Assembly: GCA_964636225.1 (NCBI GenBank)
Contig: CAZWQM010000007.1
Location: 7,518 to 71,517 of the forward strand
DNA: 64,000 nucleotides
Source of the DNA: an uncultured Thiotrichales bacterium
GTDB taxonomy: Bacteria; Pseudomonadota; Gammaproteobacteria; UBA4575
Direction of reading: 5' to 3'
Below are positions 42,307 to 53,570 of the stretch, piece by piece (position 1 is the first letter of the stretch; each line of letters starts with the position of its first letter). The position numbers were made by a program, and so were the translations under genes. The notes below the pieces were generated by a model. It saw only the letters and a program-made list of their open reading frames with translations. It made no database searches and was not told the origin of the DNA.

Positions 42307-43476
42307 ATGAAACTTAAACTGCCTGCACCATCTGATGAAGAGTTACAGCGTAGTCAGCGTTGCCAACAGATTATTGTCGAAGAAATTCATCGTCATCAAC
42401 GTCCGATGAATTTTGAGCGCTATATGCAGATATGTCTGTACGCCAGTCAGATAGGATATTATGAAAGTGGCAGTGATATATTTGGTCCTCAGGGTGATTT
42501 CACTACCAGCCCGGAAAGAAGTGAATTTTTTGCACATGCATTTGCAGCGCATATTAAAAACATAAAAGCACAAATAGGCGACTATTCGCTGATAGAAGTA
42601 GGCGCGGGAAGTGGCAAGTTTGCAGGTGATCTTATACGCGCACTGAAACACATCGCGTGTTTACCACAGCGTTATTATATTGTTGAAAAAAGTAGCGAAT
42701 TAAAACGTCGTCAAAAAACATATTTGGCCGAGTATCAATCGATGTGTGAAATTGAGTGGATAGAGGCATTAGCTACGCCCGTTGATTGTGCCATTGTTAT
42801 AGCAAATGAAGTCCTGGATGCATTGCCAGTTAAGCTATTAAGTGTAGAGCGAAATAAAATATATGAACGCTGTGTGAACGTAGGTGAAGACGGCGAATTG
42901 GAATTTGTGCAAGTTGAAGCCGAAGAGCCATTGTTTTCATTGATGCAAACAATGCTGCCAGAGTCGGTCTTGAATGAGGGTGATGGCACATACCACTGCG
43001 AAGTTAATCTGATATTGAATGACTTCATTCAGGAAATTGCTGCGTTTGTGAATAAGGGTATATTTTTTTATATCGACTATGGCTATGCTCGCCACGAGTA
43101 CTATCATGAACAACGCACAATGGGGACTCTGATTTGTCACTACCGAAATAGTGCCAATCAGCTGGCTCTGCTTTGGCCGGGTCTGCAGGATATTTCATGC
43201 AATGTAGACTTCACGGCCGTGGCTGAAGCCGGTGTGGAATGTGGATTAAATGTTGAAATATACAGTACTCAGGGAAACTTTCTGCTGGCGAGTCATACGC
43301 TTGAAAATATCCTCGCGGATAATCAGGATCCGGTCAAACTGCAGCAACAGGCAGAAATAAAAAGATTAATTATGCCTGCCGAAATGGGAGAACGGTTTCA
43401 GATTATTCTACTGAGCAAAAACATGGCGTTAGATTGTCACTCTTTGACTACGCGAAATATGTTGCATCGTTTATAG
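42307..43476 (+). CDS. SAM-dependent methyltransferase, MidA/NDUFAF7 family
   Basis: GYY, GDFTTSPE, EVGAGSG, ANEVLDALP, IDYG, QDI...VDF, EMGERF. Confidence 0.92.
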   Translation: MKLKLPAPSDEELQRSQRCQQIIVEEIHRHQRPMNFERYMQICLYASQIGYYESGSDIFGPQGDFTTSPERSEFFAHAFAAHIKNIKAQIGDYSLIEVGAGSGKFAGDLIRALKHIACLPQRYYIVEKSSELKRRQKTYLAEYQSMCEIEWIEALATPVDCAIVIANEVLDALPVKLLSVERNKIYERCVNVGEDGELEFVQVEAEEPLFSLMQTMLPESVLNEGDGTYHCEVNLILNDFIQEIAAFVNKGIFFYIDYGYARHEYYHEQRTMGTLICHYRNSANQLALLWPGLQDISCNVDFTAVAEAGVECGLNVEIYSTQGNFLLASHTLENILADNQDPVKLQQQAEIKRLIMPAEMGERFQIILLSKNMALDCHSLTTRNMLHRL

Positions 43477-43485
43477 AGAAATAAA

Positions 43486-44277
43486 GTGGATTTAATACAG
43501 ATCATTGCGTTGGGATTTATTCAGGGGCTGACAGAATTTTTGCCTGTTTCCAGTTCTGCCCATTTAGTACTGATTTCAATTTTTATGAGTTGGAAAGATC
43601 AGGGGCTATTGATGGATGTGGCCGCTCATGCAGGCAGCCTGGTCGCCGTGTTGTTTTATTTCAGGAGAGAATTGATTGAGATGGCGCGCGCCTTGTTTAA
43701 TCCAAAAGCAGCCCAGAATGAAGATACGATCCGGTTAATAATCGCAATTGTCATTGCAACCATTCCTATTGTTGTGGCGGGATTAATATTTGCTGACTTT
43801 ATTGAACAATATTTACGCAGCGCGCACGTCATTGCAATAACTACACTAGTCTTTGCTTTATTCCTGGCTTATGCAGATAAGACTGGCCGACAGCTTCATG
43901 ATGAATACAAGCTCTGCTGGAAAGCCATTCTTTTTATTGGATGTGCCCAGGTGTTTGCGTTGATTCCGGGAACATCGAGGTCGGGCGTCACCATGACCGC
44001 CGGACTTATGATCGGTTTAACTAAAGTAGCTGCCGCTCGTTTTTCATTTCTATTATCCATTCCAACCATTCTCGCGGCGATTGTATATAAGTCCACGCAA
44101 CTGGTTACAACTCAAATACATATGGAACTGGGGCCGGCGCTGGGAGTTTTTGCTATATCAGGCGTGGTTGCTTACTTTTGTATAGAGGCGTTTATTCGTC
44201 TGGTCAATATTGTGGGCATGATGCCGTTTGTCATTTATCGCCTTATTTTAGGTGTGCTGCTTTTTATTTTTATTTAG
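43486..44277 (+). CDS. uppP: undecaprenyl-diphosphate phosphatase
   Basis: [33 protein letters not shown]. Confidence 0.97.
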   Translation: MDLIQIIALGFIQGLTEFLPVSSSAHLVLISIFMSWKDQGLLMDVAAHAGSLVAVLFYFRRELIEMARALFNPKAAQNEDTIRLIIAIVIATIPIVVAGLIFADFIEQYLRSAHVIAITTLVFALFLAYADKTGRQLHDEYKLCWKAILFIGCAQVFALIPGTSRSGVTMTAGLMIGLTKVAAARFSFLLSIPTILAAIVYKSTQLVTTQIHMELGPALGVFAISGVVAYFCIEAFIRLVNIVGMMPFVIYRLILGVLLFIFI

Positions 44278-45415
44278 TACGAGAATTTTTCTGCTTTTCG
44301 TCAATAAGCTGTTTGCGTGCAGCAGCCAATGCTTCGCCTATTGCCCTACCTTCCAGCGTTTCGAGTTGTTGTGCGGATAGCTTAATCGAGTTTAATAGGG
44401 GAACCAGCTCAATTAAAAAATGTAATGACGAGTTATCTGGCAAATCGAACAGTGTCACCATCTTACACATACAAGCAAGCAGATTCAGGCAGCGAGATTC
44501 GCGACGGAATGCATCCAGTTTATGCAGAAGGTCATAGATATCGTCGCTGTTTTGACTGAGTGACTGATGACAATCCAGAAAATAGCGAGTGGATAAAACA
44601 CTCAGTTCCTGCAAATTGTTCGGGCATGCGAAACAGTGGTTAATTGCTTGTGGAGTGTTTGTATCAAAGCCTTTATCTGTATTACTGGCAAGCATCACCA
44701 GCCCAACATATCGGAATTCATAGTTATCAATATGCCTTAATTTGGCCAGATGTAATAAACCGCTTTTGTTTCCCAAGGCCGAATTCAGTTCGGCAGCAAT
44801 TTTAGCTAATGCACCAGTCTGTAAAAGTACCAGAAAATAAATTTCAGGATTGGCTGTAGCCAGTGCAGATTGAGTCTCCCTCCAGACACGTTCTTTAGAC
44901 AGCAGTTCTAACTCTCCGCTCTGACTTATTTCAGACATAAGTGCTAACGTGTCTGGTGCAATGGTAAAATTCAGGTGCCAGAAGCGTGCGGCAAAACGGG
45001 CGACACGAAGTACCCGCAGCGGGTCTTCAGAAAACGCTGGTGAAATATGGCGCAGAATTCGATTTTTAATATCATCCAAGCCGCCATAAGGATCTGTTAA
45101 ATTTCCATACTCATCCTGAGCAATGGCGTTGATGGTTAAATCACGTCTCTGTAGATCTTCTTGCAAGGTAATCTCAGGCGAGCTAAACACCTCAAAGCCA
45201 GTGTGTCCTTTAGCGGATTTGCGCTCTGTGCGTGCAAGCGCATATTCCTCAGCTGTTTCTGAATGTAAAAACACTGGAAAATCTTTACCTACTTGTCGAA
45301 AGCCCAGGTCAAGCATTTCTTCAGGCGTGGAACCAACTACTACCCAGTCCTTCTCGTGGACTGGTAGACTTAATAATCGGTCACGCACCGCGCCACCAAC
45401 TAGATACTTTTGCAT
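44270..45415 (-). CDS. cca: tRNA CCA-adding enzyme (HD domain apparently degenerate)
   Basis: [47 protein letters not shown]. Confidence 0.95.
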   Translation of the reverse strand: MQKYLVGGAVRDRLLSLPVHEKDWVVVGSTPEEMLDLGFRQVGKDFPVFLHSETAEEYALARTERKSAKGHTGFEVFSSPEITLQEDLQRRDLTINAIAQDEYGNLTDPYGGLDDIKNRILRHISPAFSEDPLRVLRVARFAARFWHLNFTIAPDTLALMSEISQSGELELLSKERVWRETQSALATANPEIYFLVLLQTGALAKIAAELNSALGNKSGLLHLAKLRHIDNYEFRYVGLVMLASNTDKGFDTNTPQAINHCFACPNNLQELSVLSTRYFLDCHQSLSQNSDDIYDLLHKLDAFRRESRCLNLLACMCKMVTLFDLPDNSSLHFLIELVPLLNSIKLSAQQLETLEGRAIGEALAAARKQLIDEKQKNSRTK

Positions 45416-45435
45416 CATTTACTGTTTACTATACC

Positions 45436-46515
45436 GTGTTTGATAAAGGCATTCTAACCCGAATAATTATCATCAGCAGTTTGTTGCTGCTAAATGCATG
45501 TTCATCCATCTCATATCTTGCGCATACAAGCAGTGGTCACTTAAGGCTAATGAGTGATCGTCAGTCTATTGAGCATTTAATCGAAAGTAAAAGCCTGGAT
45601 GAAACACAACGGGAAAAATTTAAGCGCGTATTGGAAATGCGTGACTTTGCTACGCGGGAATTGTTACTGCCGGACAATAAAAGTTATACCAGCTATGTAG
45701 ACGTTAAACGTGACAATGTCAGTTTCGCCGTCTTCGCCACACCGGAGCTTTCGCTGCGTGCTAAAACCTGGTGTTTCTGGATTGTCGGTTGTGTGCCTTA
45801 CAGAGGGTACTTTGAGCAATCCAAAGCGGAACAGTTTGCGCAGCAGCTGATTGATCAGCAACTCGATGTTTATATTGCACCTATTCCTGCGTATTCAACC
45901 CTGGGCTGGTTTAGCGACCCGGTGTTAAGCACCATGCTGAATAGAGGCGAACGAGTGGCTGCAGAATATATTTTTCATGAATTGGCGCATCAGAAAATGT
46001 ATATAGAAAATGACGCTGAATTCAATGAAGCTTTTGCTACTGCGCTAGCCAGAATAGGTGTTTTAAGATGGATGGAGTCGGAGAATAAATCTGAGGAAAA
46101 ACAGCAGTACCTGAAATCAATACAGCAAAAGCAGCAGTTATATCCGTTGATAAATCAATTGCGAGAACAGTTAACCAGGATATATGCCTTAAGTGCAAGT
46201 CGAGAGGAAAAACTGCGTCAGAAGCAGGCTGCGTTTTCGCATTACAAGCAAACGGTAGAGACTAAAATCAGTCACTGGCCTCACGCGCAAGTATACAGGC
46301 AATGGCTGCTGAAGGATTTGAACAATGCCAAATTAAATGCGTTTTCAACCTACCAGGCGCAAGTACCAGATTTCATGGCGTTGTTTGAAAACTGCGAAGA
46401 GAAGTTAATCGACTTTTACAGAGTGGTAGAGGCAAGTAAAAAGTTAAATAAACAGCAGCGCACAGACTTTTTACAAAATCATCAGTGCGTACTGGCAGAA
46501 AATGGGCAAGATTAA
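45436..46515 (+). CDS. putative lipoprotein zinc aminopeptidase (DUF2265-like)
   Basis: Lipobox LNAC, GCVPYRGYF, AYSTLGWF.DP, HELAH, FNEAFA; GTG at 45436 avoids overlap with cca. Confidence 0.87.
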   Translation: MFDKGILTRIIIISSLLLLNACSSISYLAHTSSGHLRLMSDRQSIEHLIESKSLDETQREKFKRVLEMRDFATRELLLPDNKSYTSYVDVKRDNVSFAVFATPELSLRAKTWCFWIVGCVPYRGYFEQSKAEQFAQQLIDQQLDVYIAPIPAYSTLGWFSDPVLSTMLNRGERVAAEYIFHELAHQKMYIENDAEFNEAFATALARIGVLRWMESENKSEEKQQYLKSIQQKQQLYPLINQLREQLTRIYALSASREEKLRQKQAAFSHYKQTVETKISHWPHAQVYRQWLLKDLNNAKLNAFSTYQAQVPDFMALFENCEEKLIDFYRVVEASKKLNKQQRTDFLQNHQCVLAENGQD

Positions 46516-47414
46516 CTTCGGCCTAGATATGTGGGTGCAATAGCCTGTAAGGAGGTTGAGCAGGGTTCCCCTTGGCTACACACGCTATCCAGCTTTAATG
46601 AATTAAAATTATCCACAGAAAAAGGCTTGCCTGGCAGGCGTTCAAAAACAGTTGCCTGAAGTTGTGATAAGTATTGCGGCAATGAGACAACAACACGTCT
46701 ATAGCCACAGATGGCTGCGGTGTATTGTACTAGCTCTTTCAAAGTGTAAATATTAGGGCCGCACAGCTCAAACGATTGGTTAAATGTTGTTTTATCGTCA
46801 ATTGCAGCGACGAATTTTTTCGCAACGTCTCCAACATAAACCGGAGCAAAACGGCTATTTGCGCAGGCCAGCGGGAACACTCCCGGAACCGACTTCACTA
46901 AGCCCGCAAACCGGTTTAAAAAACTGTCTCCTTCACCAAATATGACAGATGGCTTGAATATCGTGTAATCCAGATGTTCGTCAGAAAATGTTTTTATATA
47001 ATTTTCAGCTTTGCCCTTGCTGCGCAAATAATGACTGGGCGCATCGGGATGCGCATTGAGCGCACTCATTTGAAGCAGTCTAGGAATTCTGCATTTTTCA
47101 CAGGCATTTAACGCGTTTCGAGTAATTCCTACGTGTACATCCTGAAATTCTTTACCGTCGTTTCCTTTTTCATTGAGGATTCCTATCAGGTTGATGAGTG
47201 CATGACAGTCAGTTAACTCTCTGGACAGAGTGTTGGACTGATAATCCATGACCTGAATGATGGAAAGCGCAGGCAATACTTTAAGATGACGACATTTTTC
47301 AGCATTGCGTGTAAGCAGTCGTACGGAGTAGCCTGCGGTGATTAATTGGCCACATAACTCACTGCCAACAAAACCGCTGCCCCCTAAAATTCCGATTAAT
47401 CCTTTATTTTTCAT
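46512..47414 (-). CDS. NDUFA9-like NAD-dependent epimerase/dehydratase
   Basis: GGSGFVG, INLIGILNE, MSALNA, YLRSK, PSVIFG, PVYVGDVA. Confidence 0.9.
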   Translation of the reverse strand: MKNKGLIGILGGSGFVGSELCGQLITAGYSVRLLTRNAEKCRHLKVLPALSIIQVMDYQSNTLSRELTDCHALINLIGILNEKGNDGKEFQDVHVGITRNALNACEKCRIPRLLQMSALNAHPDAPSHYLRSKGKAENYIKTFSDEHLDYTIFKPSVIFGEGDSFLNRFAGLVKSVPGVFPLACANSRFAPVYVGDVAKKFVAAIDDKTTFNQSFELCGPNIYTLKELVQYTAAICGYRRVVVSLPQYLSQLQATVFERLPGKPFSVDNFNSLKLDSVCSQGEPCSTSLQAIAPTYLGRS

Positions 47415-47566
47415 AACTTGGCAGTATAACTTGGTATTCAGCCACTGATCTGTGAAGAGTCACGAACTGTATAGTTAAATCTAAGCTTGTTTTCATGAAT
47501 AATATGCGTTTAATATACTATTAAATACTAATAAAGTCTGAAAAAATTACTCAGGAGCGTTCATAA

Positions 47567-47893
47567 GTGAGTGACCATATCACGCACATTACAGATTCAT
47601 CATTTGAAGAAGAAGTATTACAAAGCAGTTTACCGGTATTGGTAGACTACTGGGCCGAGTGGTGTGGCCCATGTAAAATGATTGCACCGATACTTGATGA
47701 AATTGCTGCGGATTACGAAGGTAAATTAAAGATTGCAAAACTTAATATTGATGATAATCCCGCGACACCACCTAAGTTTGGTATCCGTGGTATACCGACG
47801 CTGATGATCTTCAAAGGTGGTAATGTGCAGTCTACCAAAGTCGGCGCATTATCCAAGTCCCAGTTAACGGCGTTTATAGATCAGAGTATTTAA
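47567..47893 (+). CDS. trxA: thioredoxin 1
   Basis: [13 protein letters not shown]; upstream of rho. Confidence 0.99.
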   Translation: MSDHITHITDSSFEEEVLQSSLPVLVDYWAEWCGPCKMIAPILDEIAADYEGKLKIAKLNIDDNPATPPKFGIRGIPTLMIFKGGNVQSTKVGALSKSQLTAFIDQSI

Positions 47894-47921
47894 AATTCAG
47901 ACTGGTGGGCGCTAAATATAC

Positions 47922-47950
47922 TAGACGCCCTTAAAAATTAGTGCTAACTT
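47922..47950 (+). promoter_or_regulatory. candidate sigma70 promoter of rho, followed by a leader of about 210 nt
   Basis: TAGACG-N17-TAACTT with extended -10 TG. Confidence 0.5.
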
Positions 47951-48166
47951 GAAGGGCATACGCTATTTCATAGCGCCTTGCCAAAGACCGATTTCAAAAT
48001 AATACGTTAAGAAAACAGCATTTCTGTCGCATAAAGAACCGGCCAGACTCGGCAAGTAACAAAATTCCTAGCTTTAAATGACACATACGTTCGTTTGAGC
48101 TCGTTCAATAAAAATTTCCTTAAGTATTTTTCCAATTAATTTCACCATAAAAGCAAAACCGGACTC

Positions 48167-49423
48167 ATGAATCTCACCGAACTTAAAGTTAAATCCGCCG
48201 CCGAGCTCGTTGAGCTGGCCGGTACAATGGGCATTGATAATATCGCTCGTATGCGCAAGCAGGACATTATTTTCACAATCTTAAAAGCGCATGCAAAAAG
48301 TGGTGAAGATATCTTTGGTGATGGCGTTCTGGAGATACTGCAGGATGGATTCGGTTTTCTTCGTTCTGCCGACTGTTCCTATCTGGCAGGACCGGACGAT
48401 ATTTATGTATCTCCAAGCCAAATAAGACGATTTGGTTTGCGTACCGGTGATACGGTCGCTGGAAAGATTCGCCCACCTAAAGACAGCGAGCGATATTTTG
48501 CCTTGCTTAAGGTAGATAAGATTAATTTCGATACGCCGGAAAACGCCAAAACCAAAGTTCTTTTTGAAAACCTGACACCATTACACCCGGATGAAATGCT
48601 CAAGCTGGAACGCGGTAATGGGAGTACAGAAGATATTACAGCGCGTATCATTGATGTGTGTGCACCGATAGGAAAAGGACAGCGGGGTTTGGTTGTTTCA
48701 CCACCCAAGGCGGGGAAAACAATCATGATTCAGAATATTGCCCAGAGTATTACCGCCAATCATCCTGAATGTTACCTGATTGTATTGCTGATAGATGAAC
48801 GCCCGGAAGAAGTCACCGAGATGCAGCGCATGGTGCAGGGTGAAGTAGTTTCCAGTACCTTTGATGAACCGGCCAGCCGACATGTGCAAGTGGCAGAAAT
48901 GGTCATAGAAAAGGCCAAGCGTCTGGTTGAACATAAACGTGATGTGGTCATTCTGCTGGACTCAATTACTCGATTAGCCAGGGCCTATAACACTGTGGCG
49001 CCGTCTTCAGGCAAAGTCTTATCGGGGGGGGTTGAAGCCAATGCGCTAAACCGACCCAAGCGCTTTTTTGGTGCTGCGCGAAATATTGAAGAGGGTGGAA
49101 GTTTGACTATTCTGGCCACTGCGTTAATCGATACCGGCTCCAAAATGGACGAAGTGATTTACGAAGAATTCAAAGGTACCGGCAATATGGAGATTCATCT
49201 GGATCGTCGTGTGGCTGAGAAGCGAATTTATCCTTCTATGAACATCAATCGCTCAGGCACTCGACGCGAAGAATTACTTATTGAACCTGAGGTGCTGCAG
49301 AAGATGTGGATTCTAAGAAAATTCCTGCACTCTATGGACGAAATCGAAGCGATGGAATTCATGCTGGCGCGTATGCAGGCAAGCAAAAACAATATCGAAT
49401 TCTTTGAGGCCATGAAAAGGTAG
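48167..49423 (+). CDS. rho: transcription termination factor Rho
   Basis: [34 protein letters not shown]. Confidence 0.99.
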   Translation: MNLTELKVKSAAELVELAGTMGIDNIARMRKQDIIFTILKAHAKSGEDIFGDGVLEILQDGFGFLRSADCSYLAGPDDIYVSPSQIRRFGLRTGDTVAGKIRPPKDSERYFALLKVDKINFDTPENAKTKVLFENLTPLHPDEMLKLERGNGSTEDITARIIDVCAPIGKGQRGLVVSPPKAGKTIMIQNIAQSITANHPECYLIVLLIDERPEEVTEMQRMVQGEVVSSTFDEPASRHVQVAEMVIEKAKRLVEHKRDVVILLDSITRLARAYNTVAPSSGKVLSGGVEANALNRPKRFFGAARNIEEGGSLTILATALIDTGSKMDEVIYEEFKGTGNMEIHLDRRVAEKRIYPSMNINRSGTRREELLIEPEVLQKMWILRKFLHSMDEIEAMEFMLARMQASKNNIEFFEAMKR

Positions 49424-49488
49424 AAGAGAAAGGATAATAAGCTGCGATAAATTATTACTATAATTTATCGCAGCCAGATTGTTTTGTT

Positions 49489-50766
49489 TTACTGAATGGC
49501 CTTAAAACCAATGTCGTCCCGATAATAAACATCTTTCCAGTGAATTGCTTTGACTCCTTGATAGGCGTTTTCCTGTGCAGAACGAATATCGTCTCCCAAA
49601 GCGGTAACACATAATACTCGACCACCTGAGGTGATAATGCCCTCATCGCCGAGTACGGTTCCAGCATGAAAGACTTTAGTGTCGCGAGTGTCAATGTTGT
49701 CTAAACCTTTAATCACAGCACCTTTGGCATAATCAAAAGGATAACCTCCCGCAGCCATAACAACACCCAAAGCCGTTTGCGGATTCCACTCCAGGGCCAT
49801 GGGTTTTAATTCATGTCGTGCCGCATCCCAACATAATTGGGAGAGATCGCTGTTAAGGCGCATCAAAATGGGTTGGGTTTCCGGGTCACCAAAGCGACAG
49901 TTAAACTCCAATACTTTGGGTTCACCCTGTGGAGTAATCATTAACCCGGCATATAAAAAACCCTGGTAAGGATGGCCTTCATTAATAAATCCCTGCACAG
50001 TCGGTTGAATCACTTGTTCAATAATTTTTTCATGCAGATCCGCAGTCACTAGAGGTGCGGGTGAATACGCTCCCATTCCTCCAGTGTTGGGTCCCAGATC
50101 ACCATTGTCACGTGCTTTATGATCTTGCGAGCTGGCAAGAGGAATCACTGTGAAGTGATCAACCATACAGATAAAGCTGACTTCTTCACCTTGAATAAAC
50201 TCTTCTACTACAATTTTTCTACCGGCATCGCCATGCGCAGCATCCACCATCATTGCTTCTACGGCTTCAGCGGCTTGAGCCAGGTCTTGCGCAATAACAA
50301 CTCCCTTACCTGCCGCCAGGCCATCAGCTTTGATGACAATCGGGAATGACTGGCTGGATAAATAATTTATTGCCTGGGCAACCTCCGTAAATTCCTGATA
50401 GCTTGCTGTGGGTATACCGCAACGCTGCATAAAATGTTTGGCAAAGCTCTTAGAGCCTTCCAGTTGAGCGTTGTATTGTTTGGGACCAAAAATGGTCAAT
50501 CCTTCAGACGTGAACCGGTCAACAATACCGGCAACCAAAGGTGCTTCAGGGCCAACAACGGTTAATTCAATCTGATGTTCGCGGACAAAAGTAATAAGGC
50601 TTTCAATATCTTCGCTGGAAATAGCGACATTCTCTATGCCTGCTTCCAGAGCGGTTCCGGCGTTTCCGGGTGCTACATAAACTTTTTCAGTATTCGGAGA
50701 CTGCATAAATTTCCAAGCCAAGGCATGCTCCCGGCCTCCATTGCCCACCACTAAAATATTTTTCAT
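49489..50766 (-). CDS. purD: phosphoribosylamine--glycine ligase
   Basis: GNGGREHAL, KADGLAAGKGV, GPNTGGMGAY, RFGDPE; ATG at 50766. Confidence 0.98.
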   Translation of the reverse strand: MKNILVVGNGGREHALAWKFMQSPNTEKVYVAPGNAGTALEAGIENVAISSEDIESLITFVREHQIELTVVGPEAPLVAGIVDRFTSEGLTIFGPKQYNAQLEGSKSFAKHFMQRCGIPTASYQEFTEVAQAINYLSSQSFPIVIKADGLAAGKGVVIAQDLAQAAEAVEAMMVDAAHGDAGRKIVVEEFIQGEEVSFICMVDHFTVIPLASSQDHKARDNGDLGPNTGGMGAYSPAPLVTADLHEKIIEQVIQPTVQGFINEGHPYQGFLYAGLMITPQGEPKVLEFNCRFGDPETQPILMRLNSDLSQLCWDAARHELKPMALEWNPQTALGVVMAAGGYPFDYAKGAVIKGLDNIDTRDTKVFHAGTVLGDEGIITSGGRVLCVTALGDDIRSAQENAYQGVKAIHWKDVYYRDDIGFKAIQ

Positions 50767-50779
50767 AAGTATCTCTGAC

Positions 50780-51670
50780 TTAGCTGAATCTGGGTAATAC
50801 AAAAAATAGTGCTAGCGGCAAAGTAATAATTGCCATCACGTTGCCCACCATTACTATAGCAGAAACCTTGGTCGGCTCTTGTTGATATCGTTTTGCAAAA
50901 AGGAAATTCATTACCGCAGGTGGCAGAGCGCCAAATAAAATCAGCGCAGCGGTTTGTATTTTCTCCATAGGTACCAATGCTGAAATGATCAGGGCTGCCA
51001 TAACCCCTATTGCGGGAGTAATTAGCCCAACCAGCATGCCTAATTTCCAATAATCCAGATTCGCTTGGGACAATTGAACACCCAATGAGAACAGCATTAG
51101 GGGAACTGCAATACTGCCTAACATGTGAATAGGTAATGCAATGAAACTTTCAAGTTGAATGTTCTGCGACTGTAGCAGTAACGCCAGGAGTGCGGCGAGT
51201 ATCGCGGGAGAAGTAATGCTGCGTACCCATCGGGCGTTTTGTTCAAGCATATAGGACCCGATACCAAAATGAGTAAGATTACCAATCAGGAATAGTATTA
51301 ATCCCGCAGCAAGGCCTTCTGCACCTAGTGCGAGACTCATTAAAGGCAATCCTATGTTGCCGGCATTATGGAACATCATTGGCGGGGCCACGGTGCGATA
51401 CTCGATGTTAAGTATGCGTGCGACAGGAACTGCAAACAGTGATGTGAATAGTACCAGACATAAACCGCTGGCTCCCAATACGGCGTATTCTCTGATTTGA
51501 AACTGCTGTTGAAGTAATGAGGAGAAAACCAGCGCCGGGATGAAAACCTGCAGGTTTATTTCACTAATGGAATCAAGCTGTGGATGTTTGCGCAAGCCGA
51601 CCAGTACACCCAAGGTCACAATAGCGATCAGGGGAAACATGATCTGCCCAATCTGTATGGCTATGGACAT
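50780..51670 (-). CDS. AEC (auxin efflux carrier/membrane transport) family transporter
   Basis: About ten TM helices, PALVFS, NAGNIGLP, LFSLG, LPPAV. Confidence 0.88.
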   Translation of the reverse strand: MSIAIQIGQIMFPLIAIVTLGVLVGLRKHPQLDSISEINLQVFIPALVFSSLLQQQFQIREYAVLGASGLCLVLFTSLFAVPVARILNIEYRTVAPPMMFHNAGNIGLPLMSLALGAEGLAAGLILFLIGNLTHFGIGSYMLEQNARWVRSITSPAILAALLALLLQSQNIQLESFIALPIHMLGSIAVPLMLFSLGVQLSQANLDYWKLGMLVGLITPAIGVMAALIISALVPMEKIQTAALILFGALPPAVMNFLFAKRYQQEPTKVSAIVMVGNVMAIITLPLALFFVLPRFS

Positions 51671-51718
51671 GTGATCGGCCTGTGGCAGTAAAAGTGGTAT
51701 AAGGTTGGAACGACCTTT

Positions 51719-53284
51719 TTAATGACGGAAATGGCGAATGCCGGTAAATACCATGGCCATGCCATGCTCATCGGCTGCGGCAATAATTTCATCGTCGTTG
51801 CGTGAACCGCCCGGCTGTATTACAGCCGTAATGCCCGCCTGATGTGCCGCATCCAGACCATCGCGAAAAGGGAAGAAAGCATCAGAAGCCATCACTGATC
51901 CTTCGACTACCAGATTTTCATCACTGGCTTTAATGCCTGCAATTTTAGCGGAATAGACTCGACTCATCTGACCGGCGCCAATACCAATGGATTGTTCATC
52001 GCGCACATAAACAATGGCATTTGATTTCACAAATTTGACAATTTTCCAGGCAAAAAGCAGATCTTTAATTTCCTGTTCGCTGGGTTGACGTCGGGTAACA
52101 ATTTTTAAGTCAGATTCGGTGACAATCGCATTGTCCTGATCCTGCACAAGAATTCCGCCGCTGACTTTGCGTAAATCAAATCCGCCGTTTATAGAATCTG
52201 TGTTACCGCAATTCAGTACGCGCGTGTTGGGTTTGGTTGCCAGAATTTCTGTTACACCGGCGGCCATGCCTGGTGCAATAATTACTTCAACGAACTGCTG
52301 ATCCAGAATCTGTTTTGCCGTGGTGGAATCCAGTGCGCGGTTAAAGGCAATAATTCCGCCAAACGCAGAAGTGGGGTCTGTTTTATAGGCTTTTTGATAG
52401 GCATCACTGATTGACGCGCCGACAGCAACACCACATGGATTGGCGTGTTTTACGATTACGCACGCCGGGGCGCTGAATTGTTTAACACACTGCAAAGCGG
52501 CATCGGTATCGGCAATATTGTTAAATGATAATTCTTTGCCTTGAATAAATTCGGCCGCGGCAATACTGCCTGCCGCAGGATGGGGTTCTGCATAAAAGCT
52601 CGCACTTTGATGAGGATTTTCTCCATAACGCATTTGTTGTTTTTTATTAAACGTGAAATGCAGTGTTTCTGGATAGGCATCACCATGTTGTTGACCAAGA
52701 TAATTGGCGATCATGCCATCGTATTCAGAAGTATGACTAAAGGCCTTGCGGGCAAGATTAAAACGCATTTCCTGTGTCAGGCATCCATTATTGTCTTTCA
52801 GTGTCTGCAGAATAGATATGTAATCTTCAGGGTCCACCACCACACCCACACGGGCATGATTTTTTGCGGCTGCGCGTATCATGGCGGGTCCACCAATATC
52901 AATGTTTTCTATAGCCAGGTCCAGAGTACAATCCGGTTTAGCTACGGTCTGGGCAAAAGGATAGAGATTGACGACCACCAAATCGATCGCAACAATTCCG
53001 TGTTGCTGCATGACTTCATCATCAATATCCGCTCGACCAAGAATACCGCCATGGACTTTGGGGTGTAGGGTTTTGACTCGCCCGCCCATAATTTCCGGGA
53101 ACTGGGTGTGTTCACTGACATCCGTCACAGGGATGCCGGCTGCACTCAGTTGTGCAGCGGTACCCCCGGTGGAAAGGATATGAATGCCAGCGTTATGTAG
53201 TTCAGACGCGAATTGTTCCAGGCCGGATTTATCTGAAACGCTGATGAGTGCGCGTTGAACCCGTCGGCCCGTGTCTGGCGGCAT
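51719..53284 (-). CDS. purH: bifunctional AICAR transformylase/IMP cyclohydrolase
   Basis: [38 protein letters not shown]. Confidence 0.99.
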   Translation of the reverse strand: MPPDTGRRVQRALISVSDKSGLEQFASELHNAGIHILSTGGTAAQLSAAGIPVTDVSEHTQFPEIMGGRVKTLHPKVHGGILGRADIDDEVMQQHGIVAIDLVVVNLYPFAQTVAKPDCTLDLAIENIDIGGPAMIRAAAKNHARVGVVVDPEDYISILQTLKDNNGCLTQEMRFNLARKAFSHTSEYDGMIANYLGQQHGDAYPETLHFTFNKKQQMRYGENPHQSASFYAEPHPAAGSIAAAEFIQGKELSFNNIADTDAALQCVKQFSAPACVIVKHANPCGVAVGASISDAYQKAYKTDPTSAFGGIIAFNRALDSTTAKQILDQQFVEVIIAPGMAAGVTEILATKPNTRVLNCGNTDSINGGFDLRKVSGGILVQDQDNAIVTESDLKIVTRRQPSEQEIKDLLFAWKIVKFVKSNAIVYVRDEQSIGIGAGQMSRVYSAKIAGIKASDENLVVEGSVMASDAFFPFRDGLDAAHQAGITAVIQPGGSRNDDEIIAAADEHGMAMVFTGIRHFRH

Positions 53285-53288
53285 AGGT

Positions 53289-53570
53289 TTAACGAACGTC
53301 GTAATGCTTTAATTTTTTTCGTAGAGTTCCGCGATTTAGACCCAGGCATTTCGCGGCCTTGGTTTGGTTGCCGCCACAGTAATTCATAACAGATTCTAAC
53401 AGTGGCTTTTCAACTTCTTCGATAACCATGCGGTATAAATCGTCAGGTGCGTGCCCATCTAGTTTACTGAAATAACTGCGCAGCGAGTCTGCAACAGACT
53501 CTCTTAGAGTTTGAGTTGGGGTTACAGGATGTAACTCTGAAACATTAAGGTTGGTAACTGAACTTGTCAT
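53289..53570 (-). CDS. fis: DNA-binding protein Fis
   Basis: [23 protein letters not shown]; downstream of dusB. Confidence 0.95.
   Translation of the reverse strand: MTSSVTNLNVSELHPVTPTQTLRESVADSLRSYFSKLDGHAPDDLYRMVIEEVEKPLLESVMNYCGGNQTKAAKCLGLNRGTLRKKLKHYDVR

Noticed and set aside
45232-45435. N-terminal extension of the aminopeptidase ORF overlapping cca
   Set aside because: Longest-ORF artefact; the signal peptide and lipobox fit a start at 45436.
47921-47947. Possible third CIRCE at the rho promoter (right arm TAGTGCTAA)
   Set aside because: The left arm CTAGACGCC matches only 4/9; better explained as an extended -10 element.
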